Source: Hypanus sabinus
Lineage: Eukaryota
Direction: 5' to 3'
Length of the DNA stretch: 64,000 nucleotides
Assembly: GCF_030144855.1 (NCBI RefSeq)
Contig: NC_082725.1
Span: 10,106,001 to 10,170,000 of the forward strand
Below the pieces are notes generated by a model that was given only the letters and a program-made list of their open reading frames with translations, was not told the origin of the DNA and did no database searches. This document shows, piece after piece, positions 26,786 to 40,145 of this stretch. How positions within the stretch are numbered: position 1 is the first letter of the stretch; each line of letters begins with the position of its first letter. The translations under genes were made by a program, and so were the position numbers.

Positions 26786-27399
26786 CTGTTGAGTATAGAA
26801 ACATGTATTTGTGATTGTATAGTAGTAGTAACATATATGTGTGCTGTGCCTTTTAATTCAGTAAACTATTCCTGAACTTTCAGAGATATGTCTTGAAACA
26901 AAATTTGATACTGTGCCATGTGAGGAAATTAGATTCACATGGTGTAGATTTTAGCTAGGAATTTTTTAAGGAACTAATTAAAGGTAGATAAACAGGGAGG
27001 AAGATTTTGGGGTCTTGGCTGTTGAAGTCAGTATTGCAGCGGTTTAAATTTGGGAACAATCAAGAGGCCAAGATTGGAGATTTGCTAATACTTTAGAAGG
27101 TTGTAGGGTATTGAGAAGGAACTCAATGGGCCACATGGCTGAATTCTTCTCCTATGTCTATGGTCTTATTTAAAGCAGAGGTGTTGCTTAAAAATAATAT
27201 GTTGACACTAAACTTGAAGTGTGTATCGGTGTAGGTCAGGAAATGCACACAGTGGATGAAAAGGACACCAAAACAGCATATTTGGATTTATATTCAGGTT
27301 TAATATCACCGGCATAGGGTCGGAGAGAAGTACAGCACAGAAGCAGGCTCTTTGGCCCATTTAGTCCATGCTGAAAACTGTTTAAACTGCTACTCCCAT

Positions 27400-28240
27400 T
27401 GTTACGTACTCGTGACACATGACAGTGGAGCCCTTGCCATGTGACTGGGGTTGAAGCTGTACTGGACTTGAGGTGATGGTCTTGTGATGGTGGTGACGTC
27501 ATTTTCCCGCCAGTAGAGATCATGTGACGGTTTTTTTTTTACAGGTTATAAAAGGTAGACCCCACCCTGTGAGGAGGGGCATTTTCGTGGCTGGATTTGC
27601 CAGGTTGACTTCTTGCCACTGCGTGTTTGAAGTGATGACGCAGTTTAGCTGAAGGATGAAGTTTTTATTTAATGCTAAAGTTTAAAAGGTCATTGCCAGC
27701 AGGTTCTTTATGATTCTGTTAGTTCGAAATTAGTGGAGAGTGAAGATTCGAAGTTGGAAGTTAAAGATCGAGGAGAATCGCTTTCTACGGTGAAACGGGG
27801 GCGACCTTTGTTTGATCCTTATTTGGAAGGATTTCGTTGACTATCTTCGTGTTAATCCCTAGGTTTAACTAGAAAGGATTGAAGGTAGTGGAGAAGGAAA
27901 GGTCAGTGCCTTTAAGCCGTTCTGTTTCGTGAATTCTTCGTGGGAAGTTCGACGTCGGGGATCGAAGCAAGCGACGTGAAAGAGAACCTAAATCGTCTTA
28001 TAAAGTCTCTCCTTTTAAATGGACTGTGAGCATATCGAACTTTTGGCAATACCACTTTTAAGAACTGTTTTTGGAATATCACTTTAAGAACTGTTTGGGC
28101 TGCCGCTCAGCAGCTGTTTCCGGTTACGGTAGTGTTTGTTTACTTTTGGGGGGTTTGTTTTCTGTGTTTAATAAACGTGTTGTTTGTTATAAGAAACCCT
28201 TGCCGAACTCATATATTTATTGTTGCCTGAATACGTAACA
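27400..28240 (+). mobile_element. Solo LTR (Gypsy- or ERV-like), 841 bp
   Basis: Termini TGTTACGTA...TACGTAACA (9-bp inverted, TG..CA); 4-bp TSD CCAT (27396-27399, 28241-28244); TATAAAA at 27547; AATAAA at 28170; CpG-rich. Splits a CR1 3' end (tactcccat|caacctgca). Confidence 0.9.
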
Positions 28241-28279
28241 CCATCAACCTGCATTTAGTTTTGTTTCAGAATCTTTCCA

Positions 28280-29550
28280 GGGAGAAGGTACAGAGGAGAT
28301 TTACAAGATTTTTCCTGGGACTTGAGAGATCTTATTCCCTCGAGCATAGAGACTGAGGGTAATCTTATAGAGGTATACAAAATTATGAGGGTTATAGGTA
28401 GGGTAAATGCAAGCAGGCTTTTCCTGATGATGTTGGGTGAGACTACAATTAGAGGTTAAGGATGAAAAGTGATATATTTAAGGGAGACCCGAGAGGGAGC
28501 TTCTTCACTCGTGGTGGTGCAAGTGTGGAGCGAGCTGCCAGCAGAAGTGGTAGACGTTGGTTCGATTGCAACATTTAAGAGAAGCTTGAGTAGATATATG
28601 GATGGGAGAGGTATGGAGGGCTATGGCGCATATGGGACTAGGCGAGGTACAATATGGCACAATATAAATTGGCCAAAAGGCCTGCTTCTGTTTTGTAGAA
28701 ACATGGAAAACCTGCAGCGCAATACAGGCCCTTCGGCACACGAAATTGTGCTGAACATGTCCTTACCTTAGAAATTACCTAGGGTTACCCATAGCCCTCT
28801 ATTTTTCTGAGCTCCATGTGCCTGTCCAGGAGTCTCTTAAAGACCCTGTTGTATCCACCTCCACCACTGTCGCCGGCAGTCCATTTCACACACTCACCAC
28901 TCTCTGAGTAAAAAAAACTTACCCCTGACATCTCCTTGTACCTTCTTCCAAGCACCTTAAAATTGTGCCCTCACATGTTAGCCTTTTCAGCCCCGGGAAA
29001 AAGCCTCTGACTATCCACACGCTCAGTGCCTCTCACCATCTTATGCACCTCTATAAGGTCACCTCTCATCCTCTGTCACTCCAAGGAAAAAGGCCGAGTT
29101 CACTCAATCTATTCTCATAAGGCATGCTCCCCAATCCAGGCAACATCCTTGTAAATCTCCTCTGCATCCTTTCTAAGGTTTCCACATCCTTCCTGTAGTG
29201 AGGTGACCAGACTGAGCACAGTACTTCAAGTGGGGTCTGACCAGGGTCCTATATAGCTGAAACATTACCTCTCGGCTCCTAAACTCAATCCCATGATTGA
29301 TGAAGGCCAATGCACTGTATGCTTTCTTAACCAGAGTCAACCTGTGCAGCAGCTTTGAGTGTCTTATGGACTTGGACCCCAAAATCCCTCTGATCCTCCA
29401 TACTACCAAAAGTCTTAGATCATCATATTTGACCAGCCAAAATGAACCACCTCACACCTATCTGGGTTGAACTCCATCTGCCACTTCTCAGTTTTGCATC
29501 CTATCAGTGTCCCGCTGAAACCTCTGACAGCCTCTCCACACTATCCACAA
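28280..29550. mobile_element. Two tail-to-tail CR1 fragments (+ 28280-28697; - 28697-29550)
   Basis: VWSELPAEVVDVGSIATFKR on +; GIEFRSREVMFQLYRTLVRPHLKYC on -. Confidence 0.85.
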
Positions 29551-30109
29551 CACCTGTAGTGCTCTGTGACTCTCAGGTTGGTGCCTCGGGAGCACATTTT
29601 ATTAAGAAGAGCAAGGAAAATGGCTATGGTCTTCCCAGGATATAGTGGGAGGAATGATTTTGCTTGCTCATTGCCAATGCTGGGTAGGTGGACTGACAGT
29701 TTAGAGATGGGGTCAAGGCAGGTGGCAGCGGGAAATCAGCATCACTCCTGGAAGAATGCTGTGCTTTTTGTGTCCTTGTGGAGGCAGAGCATGTAAATGA
29801 GCAAAAGGATGAGGTGAAGAATACAACTTTGCTGTATACCAGAGATGAAGTTAAAGGTTGAGAACAGAAGCTTTAGCAGTTGGCTGTTGTCCAATAGAGC
29901 TGGGCACCTTCGTAGAGACTTTAGAGGAGAGTGATCTGCTGAACTTTGTAAAGACTGCAAGCTGATAGAAAAGGATAGGTTACCTTTGTCACAATCAGAG
30001 GCTGTCATCATTGAGTTTGATAGCAGTCTTTTTAATATTGTTGGAGGATTTGAACCTTGATTTGTGAGGAGGTAATTTCTGACAACGGAGCTCTTGACAA
30101 TGGAGTATG

Positions 30110-31600
30110 AAGGATATAGATGGGGTTAATGCAAGCAGGCCTTTTCCACTGAGCTCGGGTGGATTCAAAAGTAGAGGTTATAGGTTAAGGGTGAAAGGTG
30201 AAATATTTCAGAGGAGCCTGAGAGGAAAACCATTTCACTCGTAGGGTGGTATGAGTGTGAAGTAAGTTGAGGTGGTGGATGCAGGTTCAATTGCAACATT
30301 GAAGGGAAATTTGGATAAGTACAAGGAAGGTAAAATATTTAAAGGAAACCTGAGGAAACTTCTTCTCAAGTGTGGAATGAACTGGTGGATGCAGGTTCGA
30401 CATTTAAGAGAAGTTTCTATAAGTACATGGATGGGAGAGGTATGGAGGACTATGACACTTATAGCACTAGCCAGTAACAGGTAGGCACAGACTTGATGGA
30501 GTTAGAGAACTTGTTTCTGCTCTGTCACTCTGGCTGGGAGCTTGTCTTTTATTTTGATCACATGATAGGTTATTGATGATTTCTTCTATGTTGCTACCAA
30601 GTTTGATCTGGTATGAGCATTTCACCGGACATGTTACGACTGTGACTGTTAAGTTTAGAAATCAGATATATTTGCACACGTTTATTAAGTGCTAATTACT
30701 CATATGAGCTGTTCTGTGTGTTAGAGTATACTAGGAATCATTTCTGTTTTTTGATATATATTAACAACTTGGATGTGAATGTAGGAGGAATGATTTTGCA
30801 AGAGGAGACAAGGATTTGCTTGTATTGTGGATAATGAGATTGTCCAAGGTTGCAGCAGACTGTAGATCGTAAATTGGGTGGAGAGTTGGTAGGTGGAATG
30901 TAGTCCCAAATTGTGATGGATTTTGAGAAGTCAGATAAGAGTAGGACGTGTACAGTAGGTGATAGGGCACTAAGAAATGCTGACAGAGAAACATAGAGGT
31001 CCACAGTCCTGAAAAAGACGCACCGACCTTTCAATATTGAATATTGAAAAGCCTTGTTAGAGTGGCTGTGGAGAGGATGTTTCCTATACTGGGGGTGTCT
31101 AGTATAGAGGTATGTCCCTTTAGAACAGAGATGAGGAGCTTCTTTAGCCAGAGGGTGGTGAATCTGTGGAATTCATCGCCACAGACAGCTGTGGAGGCCA
31201 AGTCAGTGGGTATATTTAATGCAGAGGTTAATAATTTTTTGAGTAGTCAGGGTGTCAAAGGTTACTAGGGGAAAGCAGGGAATGGGGTTGAGAGGCTTAA
31301 TAAATCAGCCATGATTGAATGGTGGAGCAGACTTGATGAGCTGAATGGCCTAATTTTGCTCCAATACCTTATGGTTTTATGGTCTAACTTGAAATGAAGA
31401 AGGGATATGGCCTTCATGGATCAGGGAAGAGAATAGAAGGTTTGGGAGGTTATGTTGTAAATTTATAAAACACTGGTGAGGCCACACTTGGAGTATTGTG
31501 TGCCATTCTGATCTCCACACTTTGAAAAGGATGTGGTTCTGTTGGAGATGGTACAAAGGAGATTCACCAGGATGTAGCCTGGACTGGAAAACTAGTTATG
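30110..31600 (+). mobile_element. Cluster of degraded CR1 fragments
   Basis: EMRSFFSQRVVNLWNSSPQTAVEAKS; ggccacacttggagtattgtgtg. Confidence 0.8.
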
Positions 31601-31624
31601 TGTTTTTTAGTTCCCTAAAGTTGT

Positions 31625-32155
31625 TATAACTGGGGCTGGTAGTGGGCTAAGCTCCCATTGCCTATTAAATGCTCCCAATGGTGTGCCCCTGCCAAACAAG
31701 TTCAGCTCCTGGCCTTCACGTGTGACTTACCTACGCAGCCCGGCAGAACTGCTTCTACTGACAAGAGAAGAGGATAAGATAGGTTACTGGCAGCCGAAAA
31801 CTAGTTACTCTTGGGCAAATGGGGATCTTCAGCCATGGTTAGTTGCTCACCTAGGAGAAGGAAAACTGATCTGAAACCTCTGCTGCCTTACGACTATACC
31901 CACTCATGGGAAAGGCTTCAGTAGTAAATCCCGAGGGAAAACTCCTGAGCTGGAATCCTTCAAGTAGTCCAACGTTCACTGGCAACTCCTGCAGCAACAC
32001 TGGTGCCAAACTGTATCGTTCCTTGCCGCTGCTTTGGATTCATCAGCTGTGTGGAGAGATGGAGCAACAGCTTAACTGCCATCGTACTGCCATGACTTGC
32101 TACTCACTTGCATATCATGTAGACCACTGGGGCGCTACATCCATGGACAAACACA
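31625..32155 (+). mobile_element. RTE-leader-derived non-autonomous repeat
   Basis: ctaggagaaggaaaactga..tgaaacctc is an RTE 5'UTR-type motif; homologous minus copy at 8400-9130. Confidence 0.6.
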
Positions 32156-32429
32156 AATAACTGTGGGCCTCATATGAGGGGTTGATTGGATATGCTGCAC
32201 GTTTTTCCTGGAACAAAGGAAGCTGAGTGGTGACTTCGTATCTAGTATTATGGGATCCATAGACAAAGTAAGTTGTCGAAATCTTTGCCCCATTGTAGAG
32301 AAACATGAACAAGTGGACATATTTTAGGGGGAGTTATAAGAGTTTTAAAGAGGATGTTAGGGGTAAATTATTTTACACAGAAAGTGACTAATATTTGGAA
32401 TGAACTCCCAGAGGAGGTGATAGAAGTAA

Positions 32430-32728
32430 AGATTAGCTTTATTTGTCACATGTACATTGAAGCATAGAGTGAAATGCCTCGTTTGTGTCAGTCTGAGCTT
32501 GTGCTGGTCAGCCCGCTAGTGTCCCCCCACTTCCAGTGCCAACGTACTACTGACCCTTACTAATCCATCCTGTCTTTGGAATGTGGGGGGGGGGGTGGGC
32601 AAAGCGAGCTCGTGGATTAAACTCACGCAATCACAGGCAGAACGTGCAGACTCCTTACAGTGTTGGAATTGAACCTGCGTCCTGGGCACTGTAATAATGT
32701 TCTGCTAATTGCTACAGTGCTGTGCCTC
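32430..32728 (-). mobile_element. V-SINE
   Basis: attagctttatttgtcacatg tail, tctttggaatgtggg and reverse tRNA-like head. Confidence 0.7.
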
Positions 32729-33127
32729 CCACATGTAATTTGATCTGAAGCATTAGACAGATACTTAAATGCCCAAGGCATAGGAAGATGCAGTCCCAAT
32801 GTGAGATTGGGTTGGGTGTAGAGATTAGGTACTGATTGGAATTTTTTAGAGCGTGTGCTTTTGTGTCAAACACCAGTGACCATGTTTCCTCATTCCCCAG
32901 ATTGTCCAGTTTTGTGAGCTTTTTATGGGTGTTGGTGCAAGCAGAATATGCTGCAGTGGTTTGGTGTACCAAAACTGGATGAACAAACTTTACACAATAT
33001 TTCTGTAGAGTTTCTTCACTCTTAGAAGGAAAGCATTTCCTTTCTCAAAATGTATTCCAACAATGGTTTTTCCTTATTGATCTTGTTTCCAATAGCAATT
33101 TTAAATAATGCCATGCTTTTATGTTTG

Positions 33128-33425
33128 AACATAGGAACATAAGAAATAGGAGCAGGAGTAGGCCATCTGTCTCATTGAGGTTGATCCACCATTCAATAAG
33201 ATCATGGCTGATCTGGCAATGGACTCATCTCCAACTACCTGCCTTTTCCCCATAACCCTGAATTCCCCTACTATGCAGAAATCTATTCAACCTTGTATCA
33301 AATATATTTACTGAGGTAGCCTCCACTGCTTCGTTGGGCAGAGAATTCCATAGATTCACCACTCTCTGGGAAAAGCAGTTCCTCCCCATCTCTGTCCTAA
33401 ATCTACTCCCCCAATTCTTGAAGTT
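33128..33425 (-). mobile_element. CR1 LINE 3' end
   Basis: aacataagaaataggagcaggagtaggccat tail; gaattccatagattcaccactctctg is RVVNLWN on the minus strand. Confidence 0.85.
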
Positions 33426-33974
33426 ATGTTTGTGGCTTGCAACTGTTTTTTTTTAACAGTAGCTGCTTTCAGGCCAGTTCTCTTTTTAAAGTTCAAAGTA
33501 CATTTATTATCAAAGAAAGTATATATACCCTTTGAATTCTTTTTCTTGCAGGCATTTACAGGAAAAATAAAGGAATACAATAGAATCAATGAAAAACTAT
33601 ACAAGAAGGAAGACTGAGAAACAGCCAGTGTGCAAAATAAGACAAACTGTGCTAATAAAAAAAAATCTGAGAACATGAGTTGTAAAGAGTCCTTGAAAGA
33701 GAGTCTGTAAGCTGTGAATCAGTTCAGAGTTGTGGTCAGTGAAGTTATCAATAGCCTTTTGGTTGAATGGTAATAACTGCTCCTGAACCTGCCTGTGTTG
33801 GGACTGAAAGCTTCTGTGCCTTCTATCCGATGTCAGTAGCTTCTCGTCATTTTTGGATTGGATTAAATAAGCATGATGTTGCCTGGATTGAAAGCCTGTA
33901 GTTGCAATGAGTGATTGTGTAGAGGGGGTTTATTCTCACTGGAATGTAAGAGACCAAGGGATAACCTAACAGAG

Positions 33975-34063
33975 CAGGGGTTCCCAGCCTGTGGGTCCAC
34001 CATTGCCTGGCAGTGAATGGTAGGTGTCCATGGCATCATCAAAAAAGAAGTCTCAAACCCCTG
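33975..34063 (+). mobile_element. Tiny hAT-type MITE
   Basis: CAGGGGTTCCCAGCCT...aaacccctg; 8-bp TSD taacagag/taacagaa (7/8). Confidence 0.75.
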
Positions 34064-34481
34064 TAACAGAAGTTTATAAAACAAATAATACTGAGCTATA
34101 CTGTAGGGTCCTTGAAAGAGAGCCTTTAGGTTGTAGAATGAAGTCAGTGATGTTGTCCATGTTGGTTCAGGATTTTTGAACCATGTTGGTTCAAGTGCCC
34201 CTGGTCCTAAGAGGCCTATGTATCACCTGCCTGAAGGCAGTAGTTCTTGGATTGGATTAAAGTAGTAGGATGAAATGAAACTCTGTAGAGGTAAGAAAAA
34301 ATTGGATGGATGGCTGAGGGATGACCTAATAGAGGTTTATAAAATTATGAGGGGCAAAAAAGGACAATGATTGTCTTGATCCCAGGGCATGGTAAACCTT
34401 GAACTAGAAGGCACAGGTTTCAAGTGAGATGAAAGATATTTAAAGGGGGTATAAAGGGTACATTTGAGTACAGAGAGGGTA

Positions 34482-34873
34482 GTTTGTTTGTTTCCTGTCA
34501 TGTCATATGATGTGGGTGATCATGGTCTTTCCATGACCATGACTGTTCTTTGCAAATTTTCTACAGAAGTAGTTTGCCATTGTCGCCTTCTGAGCAGTGA
34601 CTTTACAAGATGGATGACCTCAACCATTATCAATATTCTTCAGCGATTGTCTGCCTGGTGTCAGTGGTCATGCAGCCAGGAAATGTGATGCACACCAGCT
34701 GCTCACACGACCATCCACCAGCTGCTCCCATGGCTTCATGTGACCCTGATCGGGGGTGGGGGGTGTCTAAGCAGGTGCTACACCTTATCCAAGAGTGACC
34801 TACAGGCTAGCGGAGGGAAGGAGCACCTTACACCTCCTTTGGTAGAGATGTATCTCCACACCGCTATGCCAAT
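34482..34873 (-). mobile_element. SINE-like element with RTE/BovB-type tail inserted in CR1
   Basis: TSD AGAGGGTA on both sides; minus strand caatggcaaactacttctgtag resembles the Bov-A/Sauria SINE motif; (caaa)n end. Confidence 0.6.
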
Positions 34874-35454
34874 AGAGGGTAATGGTTATCTGGAGTGAAC
34901 TGGTAGAGGCAGATATAGTTAGAACTTAGAAAAGATTGTTGGACAGGTACTTAGGTAGTGAAAGGCATAGAGGGATACCATCCTAATGCAGGCAAATGGT
35001 TTTAATCCTCGAGCATCACAGTCGGCATTGATGAGATGAACAAACAGCCCATTTCCTGCTATATGATTTTACTAACAATGTTACTAGGGGAGTGATAAAG
35101 GCAGGTAATGAGTAGTATGGGGAATGATACAGACAGGTGGTGTAGAGCAGAGTGGGTAGGTGATAGAGAGTGATACAGGCAGATGGTATAGAGGCCTAAA
35201 GGCAGGTTGATAATTTTAGAAACTAATAAGGGGAAGAAAAGTGCATTGTATGGCACATAATGAACAGGAGCACCTATGCTTTTAAAAACAATTTCAACAA
35301 TCAACAAGAGGTTAAATTAATTTAAAAATGCATTTTATGCTAAGAACATATTTAGCAGGCTTTTAATAAGGGACCAAAACCTCCATCACGACTGCAATTT
35401 AAAATGGTCATCTAGGGGTACTATTCCTGTAATTATGCTGCATGAAATTGGTAT

Positions 35455-36000
35455 GTCAGTGGCTGTATTTCATTAGGAGTTTGAAGAGATTTGATAAGTC
35501 ACCAAACACTCTAGCAAATTTCCACAGATGTACAATGAAGACCCATCTCACTGGTTGCATCGGGGTGTTATGAAGGGGCCATCTGCACAGGACTGGTAAA
35601 AGTTGCAGAGGGATACATACAGACTCAGCCAGCTCCATCTTGGGCACTAGCCGCCCCAGCATCCAGGGCATCTTCAAAAGGCAATAGCTCAAGAAGAATC
35701 CCATCATAAAGGACCCCCATCATCAGGATATGCCCTCTTCTCATTGCTACCATCAGAGAGGAGAAACAGGAACCCTACATTTTAGGAACAGCATCTCCCC
35801 TTCCACCATCCGATGTCTGAACAGATAGTGAACCAACACATGAACTCTACCTCAGTATTTTTGCCCTACTTACTTATTTAATTTTAAAAATATATTTCTT
35901 ATTGTAATTTATCTATTTTGTGTATTGCACTGTACTGCTGTAGCAAAACAGCAAATTTTATGACATATGCCAGTGATATTAATCCTAATTTTGATTCTAA
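35455..36000 (+). mobile_element. Rex1/Babar-like LINE 3' fragment
   Basis: Homologous to 1-590 and 11340-11830, with the same tail. Confidence 0.75.
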
Positions 36001-36099
36001 AATTACTTTACATTTTTAAATCACTATAATATGGGAGAATTTGCAGGAAGGAAATTTGCTGATTGGGTCTCAAATTGAGAGAGCCCCCCCCCCCCCATC

Positions 36100-36850
36100 T
36101 CAATTGTCATCCATGAAGCATATTCAATAATACAAAATGATAATAGATAAAGCACATATTAAAAGTGCATTGTATTACTAATGCAAACAGACCCTTTGCA
36201 AATTCTAGAGATATATAAATCAGAGCTCTGAAGTCATTCCATGATGCTATCTTACGAAATGTAGCCGCAGATTGTTGTGAAGAAGGATTGCAGAATTCTG
36301 CACCCCTTGAACGGGGAATAAGCATGAAGATTTAAATCAGCCACTAAATAAAGAGGTGTATTTTAAACTGATTTAAATTGACTAAGCCATTCACAGAGTC
36401 TTGCATCTGTGCATTCGAAGCCTCTGGAGAACTGTCAAACACAGAAATGGGAATCAGAACAGAAAGTGGTTACAAATAAAACATGGCATGGTCTTAAACC
36501 AATTGTGCATGGTTATCTTTGGCAGAATAGAAAACTAATTGAACATGATAAACTGTAAAGTTAATTAACACACACAAGTTTGTTGATTACCTCCACAGCA
36601 TTATATTGTCCTTTTCCTGCCAGCTTTCCATCCCAGCTGTCTCCCTTTCAGAGAATGTCACTGGTAAACAATAGAGACACCATAACAAGTCGTAAACTGC
36701 CTGAGTGACAGCAGCCCCTAGTGAAGCTACATCTGTAGAAAATGATTGTGTCTGATTACCTTTTGAAGACAGCAGCACACACATTGCATACTAAGTGTCA
36801 CTTATGCATTGCTTTACTTTGTACCTGATCTATCTGTTTCATACTGACTC
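36100..36850. promoter_or_regulatory. Candidate conserved non-coding element upstream of exon 5
   Basis: Repeat-free, homeodomain-site rich (taatagataa, attactaatg, ttaattaa), TGACAG at 36706. Confidence 0.4.
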
Positions 36851-38115
36851 AAATGTATTTCCTAAATACCCCTCACCTCTATGAAATGGTATGGTAGTTG
36901 GGCAAAATTATCTTGACATGCCTCTTATGTCTAAGAATTATGACTTTGATGACAGGTGTTTACAACTGTCTAGCACTTGAGGGAAGAGGTACTGTATGTA
37001 TAAAACACTTAAAAGGCGGCTTAATATTCGCTCTCTCCTTTAGTCACAACAAAGACAAATAATAATTAGAATCAGGTTTATTAACAATAACACATGTGAA
37101 ATTTGTCATTTTGCTGTAGCAGGATAGTGCAGTACAAAAAAAAACTATAATTTACAATAAGAAATATAAAAATATAAATAATCACGTCGGTTCAGAAATT
37201 TGATGGCAGAGAGGAAGAAGCTGTTAAGGTTGGTGTTATGCTGTTAATAAATACTTAACTTTTATTTTTGCACTACTTATTTAATTTAACTATTTAATAT
37301 TCTTAATGTAATTCCCAGTCTTTTCCTCTACTGTTATGTATTTGGATTGTACTGCTGCCGCAAAGACAGCAAATTTCACGTCATAAGGTGGGGATATTAA
37401 ACCTGATTCTGATTGTGAAAATGTCAAAAGCTTGGGGCTAAACAGAGCACACTGTTATAAGAACAGTTTGAATTGAATTTACTGGATGAGTGAAATGTTG
37501 GTGAGTGCTTTTGAAGAACTGTAATACTGAGCAGATTTGAATAAGAAAAAGAAGAATGAAATTATTTATACTTGCAATGAGCTGTTGTAGGTCTTTTATT
37601 AGAAGGCTTTATATTGGAATAGACATCTTGGGGCATTAACTGTCAACAGAATTATTTTTATTCTCGATAAATCAGAGAGAACGCTTGGATATCTTTTCTT
37701 TAAAAATCTCATTTTTGATCTACTGAGTGAATTGATGAATAGCATATTTTTTAAGGACTTATTACTAAAGATTTATCAAGCAGTTTCTCAAATTACATTT
37801 TGGCTGTATTAATGCATTATTCCTTCATCTAACATAAGTGTTTGTACAACTGAAAAACTGCAGCTGTCGAAAGATTAACCAGCTGAGCAGTGTTGTCAGC
37901 ATTAGTTCGGGTCTAATAAATGAGACGATGAAGCTATTTATCAATCCCTTGTCCAGAGTAAAATCTTAGCCCATGATTAATAGTATTCTATTCGCAAGCT
38001 TTGGCAATGTTTGCGTAATTATTGTGATTGTTTTTAGATAAGGCATGTTGGAGGGGTGGCAAAAGAAAGAGTATTGCAATTATTTTAAAACTAAATGCCA
38101 ATATCCTGCTTCCAG

Positions 38116-38249
38116 GTGTCAGTGCGGCACGAGCAGGCAATCTCACGTTCATGGTTGGTGGATTGGAAGAAGAATTTAATGCAGCCAAGGAACTGCTGAG
38201 CTGTATGGGAACCAATGTGGTTTACTGCGGAGGGGTTGGAACAGGGCAG
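38116..38249 (+). CDS. HIBADH: HIBADH coding exon (equivalent to human exon 5, 134 bp)
   Basis: Translates (G)VSAARAGNLTFMVGGLEEEFNAAKELLSCMGTNVVYCGGVGTGQ, closely matching vertebrate HIBADH GVGAARSGNLTFMVGG...CGAVGTGQ. Acceptor cttccAG ends 38115; donor GTaaca at 38250; phase 1 start, phase 0 end. Confidence 0.97.
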
Positions 38250-38282
38250 GTAACAAAAAGATACCTAATTTAATTGTGGAAC

Positions 38283-38532
38283 TGTGGCGGTGTAGTGGTT
38301 AGCACAATGCTGCTACTGCTTGGAGTGTTCAGACTTTAATTCTGGTGTCTTGTGTAAGGATTCTATACATCCTTCCCGTGACCACGTGGGTTTCCTCTGG
38401 ATGCTCTTCTCCCACAGTTCAAACATGTACCAGTTAGTAGATTAATTGGTCATTGTAAATTGTCCTGTGACTAGGCCGGGGTTAAATGGGGCAGAAGCAC
38501 CTGTTCCATGCTGTATTTCAAAATGAATAAAT
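38283..38532 (+). mobile_element. V-SINE immediately downstream of exon 5
   Basis: tggcggtgtagtggttag head; gtgaccacgtgggtttcctctggatgctc V domain. Confidence 0.8.
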
Positions 38533-39904
38533 AGATTCAAAGTCAAACTCAAATTCAAATTCAAAGTAAATTTATTATCAAAGTACATATATGTCACCAT
38601 TCTCTTGTGGACATACTTAGCAAATCCAAGAACCATAATAGCAACATTGAAAGACTGCACCCAGCAGGGCAGACAAACAACCAATTTGCAAAAGACAACA
38701 AAGAGTGCAAATACAAAAGAGGACAGAAGCATGCACAAACAAATAAATAAATAAGCAAGCAAGCAATAAATATCAAGAACGTGAGATGCAGAGTCCTTGA
38801 ACGAATCACATCTTCCGGTCAAGATGTCACCAGTGAACAATGTCCTTTTGTTTGTTCCTTTTGTCTTGTTTGTGCTACAGAAACTGTTGCCTGCCTTTGA
38901 CGTACAGTTTGTAACTCCATTGAAGGATCTAGTGCCATTCAGTGTCCGGAGAGCTGCCTGTGGGGCGGGGGGGGGGGGAGAGGGGCGGGGTTGAAAATGT
39001 CTGGGAGCACGTGCTGACTCATGGAAATAACCAGAGACAAGGCGCGGGGTCAGGAATGACTCCATCTTGAAGTGGCGAGGAGGATTGAAGCGTAGAGGTT
39101 AACACGGAAGATGTCAGAGATGACTTTCAACAGAGAATGTCAGCAGCCAGTTGGGTAGTGCTCAGACGTGGGCTGACAGTCACTCTTTACGGAAGGACTG
39201 AGTTCGTGTGGCTGCCATCCTCGCATGCAGGTGGAAAGACATTTCCCATACTCTGAGATTCATGTGATTATTAGACTGTATGCTGTATTGGTTTCCTTCA
39301 GTTTTTCAGTGTTTTCTTTCTTGTGGCTGATCTGATGTGGGGTGTGTGTGTGTGTGTGTGTGGTAGGGGAGTGATTTGGTGTTTGGTGCTCCTGTCACTG
39401 TTCTTTTCTGTGAGTAGGCATGTCGAGGATTGGTGATTGTAATTATGGCTTCTTTGCTGCGGGGAAGGGGGTACTTTTGGAGTCTATGAGTTTTGCTTCT
39501 TTTTCTTGGGTGGGTGGTAAGTTGGTGTCTTTTCTTTCATCAGCACTCAGGGTCTTTCTGTATTTAATGGCTAACTGGAGGAGACAAATATAGAGATGTA
39601 TCGTACATGCATATTTTAACATTAAAATGAGCCTCTGAACCTTGAAAGTGAGTCCATTAATTTTGGGAAAAGTTCAGCGACGGAAATAAATACACTTGAT
39701 AAAAACAAATGCCCACTCAAACAGGAGTATTCAACAATCTCACATTAGCAGCTATATTTTTGGAATTCTTTAAGTTCTTTGGAACTGATTTTCTTTTCAA
39801 ATGCATGAGGACAGACGTGATAAATTAACACACGTGTCCCTGATTTGCAGATGTACTTACCAGTTTGTAATCTGAGCATTTTATTTTATTTTTTTTAATT
39901 AATT

Positions 39905-40145
39905 AGTTATGGAGAAATACAGTGCAGAACTGACTTTTCCAACCCAACAACCCACCTACTTAACATTTGACTAATCACAGTACAATTTACAATGACCAAT
40001 TAAACTACTAACAGATACATCTTTGGACTGTGGAAGGAAACCAGACCACTGGAGAAAACCCACGTGGTCACAGGGAGAAAATACAAACTTCTTTCAGATG
40101 GCACTGGAACTTAACTGAACGCCGATGCCAATAGCATAAACCCTT
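39905..40145 (-). mobile_element. V-SINE
   Basis: acaatttacaatgaccaattaa..ctttggactgtggaaggaaaccag..aaacccacgtggtcac (reverse V domain). Confidence 0.8.

Noticed and set aside
31700-31775. HDV-like or twister ribozyme in the RTE-leader repeat
   Set aside because: Some pairings are suggestive (ctcctg / ctgacaagag), but I could not build the required P1/P1.1 or T1 pseudoknots from the two degraded copies.
38028-38273. 81-aa ORF as a standalone gene
   Set aside because: Only 38116-38249 is HIBADH exon; the flanks are intronic read-through.
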